Source: Gemmatimonadaceae bacterium
GTDB taxonomy: Bacteria; Gemmatimonadota; Gemmatimonadetes; Gemmatimonadales; Gemmatimonadaceae
DNA: 64,000 bases
Direction of reading: 5' to 3'
Assembly: GCA_031426255.1 (NCBI GenBank)
Contig: JANPKW010000004.1
Coordinates: forward strand, 26,886-90,885
The notes beneath the pieces were generated by a model. The model was not told where the DNA came from and searched no databases. It worked only from the letters and a program-made list of their open reading frames with translations. The translations under genes and the position numbers were made by a program. Below are positions 55,849 through 64,000 of this stretch, in pieces (the first letter of the stretch is position 1; each line of letters starts with the position of its first letter).

Positions 55849-58800
55849 TCCCGGAGTGCGGCGATTAGAATCCTGAGTCGCTCTGGCGTGGCCCTGCTGG
55901 TCGCGGGAGCCGTCGTAGCGCTCCTCGCGTTCTGGCTGCGCGATCCCCTCATACCTTATGATGGCGGTAGTGCGGGCGCCAGCGAATTTTCTGGTGATTC
56001 AGCGCCCGACAATCCCTCCGTCCGGCGTGACGAGGCCATCCGTGCGATGGCCGAAGCGGTGAGATCGGCAGAAACCCGGCTTGCATCGATTGCGACTGAC
56101 GCCCTGGATGCCCCGGCTGACCCTGCCGCGGCGTTCTCCCATCTCCGGAAGTTACCCAATTTTCCCGATGAAGGCGTCGTTCTCGTAGAGGGCGATCAGC
56201 CGACCGCGTGGGCGGGGCAGGTCCGGACGACGCCGGCGCTGACTGGCACCGGTCCAACGGTAACCTTCACCGATTTCTATGTAAGCCTGCAGGTTGTGGT
56301 GCAGCGCGGTGCCCGCAAGGCAATCGCGATGTCACTCATTCACGCCGAGGCGCCAGCGAGCGAAATCGCGGCGGCCTTGGAGTCCCGCATCCCCGAGCGG
56401 CGGGTTGTCGAGTCGTTCCGTTTCGCAGGAGCGGCAGACTCACTGGCCGGAATTCTCATCACAGGTCGGGGCGGCCATCCGCTTCTGAGGGTCGATGCCA
56501 CGCCACTCTCTGCGGAGCGGGTGCGCTTCGCTACAGCGGCACGCGCACGGGGATGGGGCGTCGCGCTGCTGGCAGTAATGGTTTTCGTGTTGATCGCGGT
56601 TGGTTGGGTTGATCGCCGAAAACTGTGGCGGCGGCTCTTCACTCTCGTCGCTGCGGGGTTCGCCTTCGCCCTTATCCCGTGGAGTGCGTTCTCGAACTCT
56701 TCGAGCGCGTTTGACCCGGCCTACTTCTACACAACAATGCTGGGCCCGTTCGGTGCGAACGCGGGCGCTTTGCTCATGTTCGCATCGCTTGCACTGTTTG
56801 CCGTGATCGCGGTGATTCGCGCGCGTCCCGCAACTCCGCCCCGCGCTGTTGCTGCGGCCGCCGCGATAATTCTCGCCATCGGCGGCCTGGTCGTGACGCG
56901 TTCACTCGCGTCGGGGATCGCGCTCCCATTTATTGGATCGACCGCGACGCTCTGGCTGCAGTGGCAGACTCCACTCTTCTTTCTGTTGTTTGCTTCCTGG
57001 TTAGCAGCGACGTGGCTGGTCAGGATCGCGCTCCGGCGGCGTCCAGTGGTGCAGCTCAGAACTGCTGGTCTGGTTGCAGGCGCTTCGGGCGCGATCGCTG
57101 CATTTTTCGTCTGGAACGTCACGACGGAGCAGCGCCTTCAGCTCGCGATGCGCGACGTCGCCGGACTGGAGCGGGCTGATGGTGAAGCAGGCCTTCTGCT
57201 CACTCGTTTCGGGCAGGAGCTCATTGAATACGAATTACCCGGCACGCGCGCCCAGCTTCTTCGACGATATGCGGTATCTGACCTCGCCGCTGCGCAGGTT
57301 CAGGTTTCAATGTCCCTTTGGGATGCGATGGGCAAACGCTACGGGACGCTGGACCTGGCGCAGCTGCGGTACGACTTCGATCAACTCGCAATCAGCCTTC
57401 CCGCTGCTGACACCACTACCGGGCCGGTCCTGACCCAGAGCCTCGGGCCTGGTGGGCGGCTTCTCAACCTCGTGGTTCCCCATCGCGGCGGGGGATTTAC
57501 TGTAGTTGTGGCGTCGCCTCGCACGCGCCTGGTAGCGCAGGATACATACGCCGCTCTGCTCGGCTTCACTCAACCCGATCAGACGGAGCCGCCGTATCTC
57601 CTTACCCTGGCAGACGTCAACACTCGAGCTGTGGCCCGCTCCGGTGCGATGACCTGGCGCCGGTTTGGCGACGAATGGCATGGCGATCAAATCGTGCAGA
57701 CGTCGAGCGGGCCAGCGCGCGCGCACGTCGAGGTCGACGTAAGGTCGTGGGGAACACGCCTGGTTCGTGCTTCACTCGTGGTCATCCTCAACGTCTTTCT
57801 CGCGGGCACCCTGTGGGCACTGGGAACCATGGCCGAGGGCGGGTTTTTCAGGTGGCTGAGGAGCCGGGCGTCGCGGTGGATTCGCAGCTACCGCGGAAGA
57901 CTTACTCTCGCGCTCTTCACGTTCTTTGTCGTGCCGGCAGTTGCATTTGCCGGGTGGTCATATCAACGCCTTCGAGGCGATGACAGGAACGTTCGGGAGC
58001 TACTCGTGCGTGAGACCCTGCACGCGGCCACAGGCGAAGACCCCATGGCGCCGGAAGTCCAGCACACAGAGGGGCAGACCCCGCTCTTCGTATACGAGCG
58101 CGCAATGCTCTCTGCGAGCAGCGACACTTTGTACGAGGCGATTTCTCCGGCCGGACGAATGCTTCCGCCCGGCGTGCACATGAGCATCGCGAACGAAGGC
58201 GAGCTGACTGCAAGCTGGCAGCAGACAATCTCGAACTCGAGCGTATTCTGGGGTTATCGGGCTGCGTCGAGCGAGCGTCGCCAGAGCTACGTGCTTGCAG
58301 CGCCTGCCAGGAGTGATGAGATACTGCTCGATCGCCGTCGTCGCGATCTCACGATGCTAGTGCTGTTTGCAACTGCTGCGGGAGGTCTCGCGGCCCTGTG
58401 GCTGAGCGGAATAGCTGCTCGCGTTCTCGCGCGGGATCTGGAGTTGAGCAGGATCGAGGTCGCGCGCGCCGAGCGCGTGCTGGCGTGGGGTGAAATGGCG
58501 CGGCAGGTCGCGCACGAGATCAAGAACCCGCTGACGCCGATTCGTCTCGGAGTGCAGCACCTCCGCCGCGCGCGCGCGGATACGCGCATCGACTTTGATC
58601 GCGTGCTCGACGAGAACGTGACGAGAATTCTCTCGGAGATTGATCGCCTCGACGAGATTGCGCGCGCATTCAGTCGCTATGGCAGCGCCCCTGCTGACCT
58701 GCCTCCTGCGGAGCCCGTTGACATCGCGGCGATATTACGTGACGTGATCGGACTCGAGAAGATGGGAATCGGCGGCGTGACATGGAGTCTCGCAGGCGCG

Positions 58801-59142
58801 GACCAGCCTGTTCTTGCCGAGGCGCGCACCGACGAGCTGCGCGATGTTCTGCTCAACGTGTTTGAGAATGCGCGCCTCGCGCGCGCGCGCAATGTTCGCG
58901 TTGCTCTCGCCAGACGCGAACGGCACGCCGTCATAGAAATTGTCGATGACGGCAGCGGGATATCGTCGGCAGCGCTGCCACGAGTGTTCGAGCCGCATTT
59001 CTCGACTCGTACCACCGGGAGCGGGCTGGGACTCGCGATCAGTCGCCGGTTGCTCGAGGCGTGGGGCGGCACAATCGATATTGCAAGTGAGGAAAGCAGG
59101 GGAACCAAGATCCTGATAACACTCAACGCCTCTAATCAGTGA
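55837..59142 (+). CDS. Large multi-TM sensor histidine kinase (NtrY-like kinase core)
   Basis: Many TM segments, WGEMARQVAHEIKNPLTP, NVFENA, DDGSGI, FEPHFSTRTTGSGLGL. Start uncertain. Confidence 0.93.
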   Translation: MWGHSRSAAIRILSRSGVALLVAGAVVALLAFWLRDPLIPYDGGSAGASEFSGDSAPDNPSVRRDEAIRAMAEAVRSAETRLASIATDALDAPADPAAAFSHLRKLPNFPDEGVVLVEGDQPTAWAGQVRTTPALTGTGPTVTFTDFYVSLQVVVQRGARKAIAMSLIHAEAPASEIAAALESRIPERRVVESFRFAGAADSLAGILITGRGGHPLLRVDATPLSAERVRFATAARARGWGVALLAVMVFVLIAVGWVDRRKLWRRLFTLVAAGFAFALIPWSAFSNSSSAFDPAYFYTTMLGPFGANAGALLMFASLALFAVIAVIRARPATPPRAVAAAAAIILAIGGLVVTRSLASGIALPFIGSTATLWLQWQTPLFFLLFASWLAATWLVRIALRRRPVVQLRTAGLVAGASGAIAAFFVWNVTTEQRLQLAMRDVAGLERADGEAGLLLTRFGQELIEYELPGTRAQLLRRYAVSDLAAAQVQVSMSLWDAMGKRYGTLDLAQLRYDFDQLAISLPAADTTTGPVLTQSLGPGGRLLNLVVPHRGGGFTVVVASPRTRLVAQDTYAALLGFTQPDQTEPPYLLTLADVNTRAVARSGAMTWRRFGDEWHGDQIVQTSSGPARAHVEVDVRSWGTRLVRASLVVILNVFLAGTLWALGTMAEGGFFRWLRSRASRWIRSYRGRLTLALFTFFVVPAVAFAGWSYQRLRGDDRNVRELLVRETLHAATGEDPMAPEVQHTEGQTPLFVYERAMLSASSDTLYEAISPAGRMLPPGVHMSIANEGELTASWQQTISNSSVFWGYRAASSERRQSYVLAAPARSDEILLDRRRRDLTMLVLFATAAGGLAALWLSGIAARVLARDLELSRIEVARAERVLAWGEMARQVAHEIKNPLTPIRLGVQHLRRARADTRIDFDRVLDENVTRILSEIDRLDEIARAFSRYGSAPADLPPAEPVDIAAILRDVIGLEKMGIGGVTWSLAGADQPVLAEARTDELRDVLLNVFENARLARARNVRVALARRERHAVIEIVDDGSGISSAALPRVFEPHFSTRTTGSGLGLAISRRLLEAWGGTIDIASEESRGTKILITLNASNQ

Positions 59143-60902
59143 GTGGCCCCCGGCGCACGCCGGCAGAACCGCGCAAGACGATATCGCTGCCGTCGCACAT
59201 TGCGGCGTGGCAGCTGCCACCCGGATGGTCATGGGGTGCCCAGGGACTGATAGGCGATGAGCGTCACTATCAGCAGGTGACCGACGGACTTGGTCGTTCG
59301 CTGTCACTGGTCACGACACCTGATCCCGCGCACCACGCGTGGCTTCTCTCGGAAGCGAAGCACCTCGCGCATCGGAGTCATCCGAATATCCCGACTACAT
59401 ATCACTATTGGGTCGAGCAGCGCGAAACCGGACGCGGCCCAGGTTACCTGAGGCGGTGGATTACCGGAGAAACCGTCAGATCGCATCTCGAGCGGCTGGG
59501 CAGCGCGGAAATTCCCTATGTGCTGCAGGTGCTGCGCGGCGCGGGCTCGACGCTCTCGTATCTGCATGATTCCGGCGCAACACATGGTGCGCTCACCGTG
59601 GACACGGTGCGGGTCGCGCCGACAGGCAGGCTCTGGATGCTCGAATGGCAGTGGGCGGTTCCCCGCGATGACATCCCGCCGGGTGTTCGTCCGCTTCGAT
59701 TCGGCGGAGCTGCCGAAGCCCTTCATCAGCCTGCAGTGCGTCCTCCGGAATGGGGGGACCACGATTGGCTGGCCACGCCGGCGAGCGACCAGTGGCAGCT
59801 CGCCGCTATTTGTTTTGCTGCGCTTACCGGCGAGGATCCACCGAGATACGACGCGCCGCCCGTCAGCCTCCTCAGGCCCGAATGTCCAGCGAGCGTCGCT
59901 ACCGCAATCGATCGCGCCTTGCTGCCTGACCCATCACATCGGTTCCTGACTGTCGCGGGCTTCCTGCGAACCGCGGACCGGGGATACGAGAGCAGGGGCG
60001 TAATCGTTCCGCTACGGGATCTGGACGCAACAGGCGGAGAGGGGTCGGAAGAATCGAAAGTGCGACGCGCACTCGCTGATGACTACGAAGTTCTCTCGGC
60101 ACTGGGTTCTGGAAGTTTCGGCAAGGTGTGGCGCGTTCGGGACCTCGCGCTCGAGCGTGAGGTTGCTCTCAAGGTCCTGCACCCGCGTGTCGCTGCGGAT
60201 GCCAGTGCCGTTGGCGGGTTCTGGCGCGAGGCAAAGCTCGCGGCGAAGCTAGCTCACCCTGCCATTGTCCCCATATATGACTGGGATTCCCGCGGGGATC
60301 TCTCCTGGTACACGATGGAGCTCGCTGACGAGGGCTCGGTTGCGAGCCTCGTTGCGCGTAGCGGTCCGCGCACTATCGAAGAGATTGCGCAGCAGATCGA
60401 GTCGATCCTCGATGGGCTTGCCGCAGCGCATTCGATCGGAGTCGTGCATCGGGATCTGAAACCAGAGAATATTCTCATCGATCGGTACGGACGTTGGCGG
60501 ATCACAGATTTTGGCATCGCTAACGCGACCGGTGAGGATGCAACAACGAATACCGGTACTCCGGCGTTCGCCGCGCCTGAGCAGTTGCTTGGCGAGGCAC
60601 ACGGACCCGGTGCTGACTGTTTTGCCGTCGCGGCCATCGTCGTGTTTACATTGAGCGGTGAACCCCCGTTTGGGGATGGCGACGCGCAGCAGATAGTGGC
60701 GAGGCAGCTTTCAGGGAGCCTCGATCTTTCGGGATTCTCGCCTTCGATCGCCGAGTGGCTTGCCCGCAGTCTCGAATCCCGGGAAGAAGCTCGCTATCCC
60801 GATGCTACGGTGATGAAAACCGCGTGGCGCACCGCGGTGAGGGCCACCAGGCGCCGTGACCGGGCCGTGTGGTGGCGCCTGAACTCGCTGCGACAGGGAT
60901 AA
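59139..60902 (+). CDS. Hanks-type Ser/Thr kinase with tandem pseudokinase and kinase domains
   Basis: C-terminal domain intact (GSGSFG, VALK, HRDLKPEN, DFG, GTPAFAAPE). N-terminal domain degenerate (HPNI, HGALTVDT, EWQ, SDQWQLA). Confidence 0.88.
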   Translation: MSGPRRTPAEPRKTISLPSHIAAWQLPPGWSWGAQGLIGDERHYQQVTDGLGRSLSLVTTPDPAHHAWLLSEAKHLAHRSHPNIPTTYHYWVEQRETGRGPGYLRRWITGETVRSHLERLGSAEIPYVLQVLRGAGSTLSYLHDSGATHGALTVDTVRVAPTGRLWMLEWQWAVPRDDIPPGVRPLRFGGAAEALHQPAVRPPEWGDHDWLATPASDQWQLAAICFAALTGEDPPRYDAPPVSLLRPECPASVATAIDRALLPDPSHRFLTVAGFLRTADRGYESRGVIVPLRDLDATGGEGSEESKVRRALADDYEVLSALGSGSFGKVWRVRDLALEREVALKVLHPRVAADASAVGGFWREAKLAAKLAHPAIVPIYDWDSRGDLSWYTMELADEGSVASLVARSGPRTIEEIAQQIESILDGLAAAHSIGVVHRDLKPENILIDRYGRWRITDFGIANATGEDATTNTGTPAFAAPEQLLGEAHGPGADCFAVAAIVVFTLSGEPPFGDGDAQQIVARQLSGSLDLSGFSPSIAEWLARSLESREEARYPDATVMKTAWRTAVRATRRRDRAVWWRLNSLRQG

Positions 60903-61122
60903 AACAACGCTCGAAACGCAATACATGGCTCCGAATTTGCAAGCCGCTGACCTCGCTACATAGTGAGGATGGATGTGGTCGAGAGATTTTCAATGTCAGA
61001 TGTTTGCGGCGCGGTATGGATATGTGCCTATTGGCGATGGTGTGCCTGCAACGCTGGCGCCGAAAGCAAAGCTCGATAAATTTGGCCGCAGGGCTTTGCT
61101 CTGTTCTGGTATTGAAGGTTAC

Positions 61123-61138
61123 CGGCACACATCCTGCC
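61123..61138 (+). promoter_or_regulatory. Candidate sigma-54 promoter
   Basis: CGGCACA-CATC-CTGCC with exact GG/GC spacing, 70 nt upstream of ATG 61208. Confidence 0.4.
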
Positions 61139-61207
61139 TCACGGCAATCGCGATATCGATGTCCCGGTTGTAGTAGCTGTATCCACCATTCGAAAGAGGT
61201 AATTCAC

Positions 61208-62956
61208 ATGTCAAGAAGACGTTGGACCGTCTGCGCAATGACGGCCTTGCTCTTCGGCGGAACGGCGGCGGCACAGCAGCCGGGTACGCTGTTATTGGGC
61301 GGCTTTGGGCAGTACACAAAGTTCGACGAGGCTTTGAGGTTAGACGACACGTTCGGTGTCGGCGGACGGCTCGGCGCTTACTTTGCCCCAAACTGGAACC
61401 TGGAATACGATCATTCCTTCAACAAGCCCGAGCAGGTTGGGGCTGGTCAGACAGGAAAGATCTGGTACGGACCGATGTCGGCCCGTATCCGTTACAGCTT
61501 CCCGTTCGCGGGTCTTGGTGCGTTCCATGTCGGCGCTGGTGGCGTGCTGACGTCGTACGCCGGGTATGAGCCCGACGAGCCGACCGGCACCGAGCTGAAC
61601 ATTATCCGTACGAACCGCCGTGGATATAACTACGGTGCCGAAGGCAACGTTGGTTTCACCGTCGGACTCGCGGGCGTCTCGCTCCGCGTCGATGGTATCG
61701 TCGACTACATGCCGGAAGGCGGCCGCGTCGGCGGAACGTCGAACGCCGTGTACGACTCACACATGAACCTTCGTGCGCAGGCCGGACTCGAGTTCCGTCC
61801 GAACATCGCATCGCTTTTCGGCGGTGGCAGCATGTCAAACGCGAGTCTCGCCCCATGGGCGCCGTACGCGTTCTGGGATGACCTCGGAACAGACTGGGCA
61901 CTCCCTGGAATGATCGAGCTTGGTGGCTTTGCGCAGTACACGAAGTTCGATGACAACGCACCGGGACATCCTGACGACGACGTTGGATTTGGCGGACGCG
62001 TTGGTGTTTTCCTTTCTGATCCGCACTGGCAGCTCGAAGCCGACGGACAGCAGACGAAGGGACTTCAGTGGGACCAGTCGAAGTTTGCTGGCGACCTGAC
62101 GTTCCAGAGCTGGGCACTTCGCATGAACTACAACATCCCGATCATGTCGAAGGCGCAGTTCATCCTTGGCGCAGGCGCGGTTCGCAGCAACTACAGCGCA
62201 GGCCAGGAAAACAGCGGTCGTTCATTCACGTATAACTACGGTGCAAGCGGACTTGCTGGTCTCCGCTTCGGCATCGTCAACCGCATCGCGCTTCGCGTCG
62301 ACGGTATCGCCGAATACATGAAGGACACCGAGAATCTGAACTTGATCGGTCGCGCCGGTCTGTCACTGCTCGTTGGTGGCGCCCGTCGTGAAGCCATGTG
62401 CACCTACGCTGGCCTGGAGAACATCCCGGCGTCCAGCCCGTCGTGCGTCGCGCCGGCTCCGCCGCCGCCGCCGGCACCTATTGTAACGATGTGCCCGTAC
62501 CCGGGTCTGGGTGGCATCCAGGCATCTGATCCGGCTTGCGTTGCTCCGGCTCCAGCGGCAGCAGTCGTTGATACCGCAGCAATCACGGCACCGATCTACT
62601 TTGACTTCGACAAGTCCGACATCCGCACCGACGCGGCCGCAACACTCGATCGCAAGATCCCGTGGCTCCAGGCCAACCCCGGCATGCGCATCAGGATCGA
62701 AGGCAACGCCGACGAGCGTGGCTCGGATGAGTACAACCTGGCCCTCGGCCAGCGTCGTGCCGCCGCCGCGAAGCGTTATCTCGTGGAGCGTGGAATCGAT
62801 GAAGGTCGCTTCGACCTCGTCAGCTACGGCGAAGAGCGCCCGGTTTGCACCGAGCACGATGAGTCATGCTGGCAGCGCAACCGTCGCGATGACTTCGTAA
62901 TCGTGACGATCGGCAGCGACAACATCGTTGTCCCGGCCGGTGGCGAAGAGGAGTAA
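61208..62956 (+). CDS. OmpA family protein with two tandem beta-barrel domains, Cys-repeat linker and Pal/OmpA-like peptidoglycan-binding domain
   Basis: GAGGT RBS, signal peptide, two homologous LGGFxQYTKFD...GGR barrels, IYFDFDKSDI, EGNADERGSDEYNLALGQRRA, NRRDDF. The track starts at 60869. Confidence 0.92.
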   Translation: MSRRRWTVCAMTALLFGGTAAAQQPGTLLLGGFGQYTKFDEALRLDDTFGVGGRLGAYFAPNWNLEYDHSFNKPEQVGAGQTGKIWYGPMSARIRYSFPFAGLGAFHVGAGGVLTSYAGYEPDEPTGTELNIIRTNRRGYNYGAEGNVGFTVGLAGVSLRVDGIVDYMPEGGRVGGTSNAVYDSHMNLRAQAGLEFRPNIASLFGGGSMSNASLAPWAPYAFWDDLGTDWALPGMIELGGFAQYTKFDDNAPGHPDDDVGFGGRVGVFLSDPHWQLEADGQQTKGLQWDQSKFAGDLTFQSWALRMNYNIPIMSKAQFILGAGAVRSNYSAGQENSGRSFTYNYGASGLAGLRFGIVNRIALRVDGIAEYMKDTENLNLIGRAGLSLLVGGARREAMCTYAGLENIPASSPSCVAPAPPPPPAPIVTMCPYPGLGGIQASDPACVAPAPAAAVVDTAAITAPIYFDFDKSDIRTDAAATLDRKIPWLQANPGMRIRIEGNADERGSDEYNLALGQRRAAAAKRYLVERGIDEGRFDLVSYGEERPVCTEHDESCWQRNRRDDFVIVTIGSDNIVVPAGGEEE

Positions 62957-62981
62957 GCACTAAAAGCAGCAGATCGAAGGG

Positions 62982-63015
62982 AACGGGGCACCGAAAGGTG
63001 CCCCGTTTTCTTTTG
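62982..63015 (+). terminator. Rho-independent terminator
   Basis: AACGGGGCACC-GAAA-GGTGCCCCGTT followed by TTCTTTT. Confidence 0.93.
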
Positions 63016-63088
63016 ATGTTACGAGAGCGTTGCTTGCGCATTGCCCGGGGAGGGTCGACAGTGACATGCCCTCAGGAGGGGTCCACCA

Positions 63089-63946
63089 GTGCGCAGAATG
63101 ATGCTGATGGCGGTGGTTGCGGCAACACTGGCCCCTCCGGCCACGGCGGGGGCACATCCGTCAGTGTCTGTCGTTATGGACAAGCACGGAAATGTCTTCT
63201 ACTCCGACCTCAAGCGCGTGATGATGGTCGCGCCTGATGGCACCAAGTCCATCGCGGTCCCTAACGTTCACACCCACGAGATGTTCATGGACGCCCAGGG
63301 GAACCTCTATGGTGACCATCAGTGGTCTGAGGGAGACCGGCCAAAAAGGTGGGGCCATCGCGTGTGGATGCGCGCCCCCGATGGTACGATAACGGACATA
63401 GTGCCCGCGTCGGACGGTCATCTCGACAACTATGGCTTCGCGCGGGATTCGATGGGCACCATGTACTGGGCGGCGCGCGGATCCTCGACAGAGATCAGAA
63501 AACGGGTGGGCGGCGGGGCTCCGGTAGTACATTCGCGCGGTCCATTCACTGACGTGCGATGGATGGTTGCAGCCGCCGATGGCACACTCTACCTGATCGA
63601 CTCAGCGGATCTCAAGAAGGTGCTTCCCGACGGAAGGGTGATCGCAATTGCACCCGCGCTCGCGTCAAGGAGCTTGTCACGATTTGCGGTGAAAGATGCG
63701 CACCGGATCATGGGACTGTGGCTCGACGCCGGCAACAACGTTTATGCTGCTGGATATGGTTCGGGTGAGGTGAAGCGTGTCACTCCCACCGGCGACGTCA
63801 GCGTCGTATCCAGTTCGGCGCTCCCATGGTCGCCAACCGGGGGAATGGTCGCGCCCAACGGCGACCTCTGGATTCTGGAGGCCTCGCTCATCAATGAAGT
63901 GAGGCTCAAGCGGATTTCGCGAAACGGAGCAGTAAAGTTCTACTGA
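63089..63946 (+). CDS. Exported beta-propeller (NHL/SMP-30-like) protein
   Basis: AGGAGG RBS, signal peptide, repeated DxxGNxY/W blades (DKHGNVFY, DAQGNLY, DSMGTMY, DAGNNVY, PNGDLW). Confidence 0.85.
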   Translation: MRRMMLMAVVAATLAPPATAGAHPSVSVVMDKHGNVFYSDLKRVMMVAPDGTKSIAVPNVHTHEMFMDAQGNLYGDHQWSEGDRPKRWGHRVWMRAPDGTITDIVPASDGHLDNYGFARDSMGTMYWAARGSSTEIRKRVGGGAPVVHSRGPFTDVRWMVAAADGTLYLIDSADLKKVLPDGRVIAIAPALASRSLSRFAVKDAHRIMGLWLDAGNNVYAAGYGSGEVKRVTPTGDVSVVSSSALPWSPTGGMVAPNGDLWILEASLINEVRLKRISRNGAVKFY

Positions 63947-64000
63947 TCCGCAGGATTATTTTTTCGCGAACAGCGGCAAATATTTGCTGTACCCCTCAGC

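Noticed and set aside
60869-61207. 113-aa N-terminal extension of the OmpA ORF
   Set aside because: It overlaps the kinase stop and has non-coding composition. A good RBS and signal peptide start at 61208.

Overview
A 64-kb, GC-rich bacterial chromosomal segment made mostly of core and envelope genes. Gene content and order suggest Gemmatimonadota, but this is inference and was not tested. In order it holds: priA (5'-truncated); a phosphodiesterase/response regulator/sensorless histidine kinase/ABC exporter block; a peptidoglycan-recycling cluster (murQ-anmK-ampG, a lipoprotein amidase, an HEXXH/beta-propeller Omp85 protein) interrupted by a PP2C phosphatase; class II ribonucleotide reductase nrdJ; a central-carbon cluster (tal-pyk-MBL hydrolase-pgi-fba); a HisKA-only protein plus an NtrC-type activator; SRP RNA with dnaX-ybaB-recR-mglB-mglA-pgsA-cinA-grpE-dnaJ; an ECF sigma/ZAS anti-sigma pair; iscS-mnmA; kynA-bshB1; a TolC/adaptor/ATPase system with four tandem MacB-like permeases; a large membrane histidine kinase coupled to a pseudokinase-kinase; and a double-barrel OmpA protein. 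No transposase, prophage, CRISPR array, tRNA or rRNA was seen. The most unusual signals are: (i) non-coding inverted-repeat elements (a MITE-like 265-bp element at 44.4-44.6 kb, a related solo arm at 8.1 kb, and a microsatellite-flanked palindrome at 20.8-21.1 kb); (ii) three correctly spaced sigma-54-like promoters, all in front of envelope protein genes; (iii) unusual signalling proteins (pseudokinase-kinase, HisKA-only protein, MglA with an insertion of about 30 aa). All product calls come from motif recognition by eye; no searches were run.
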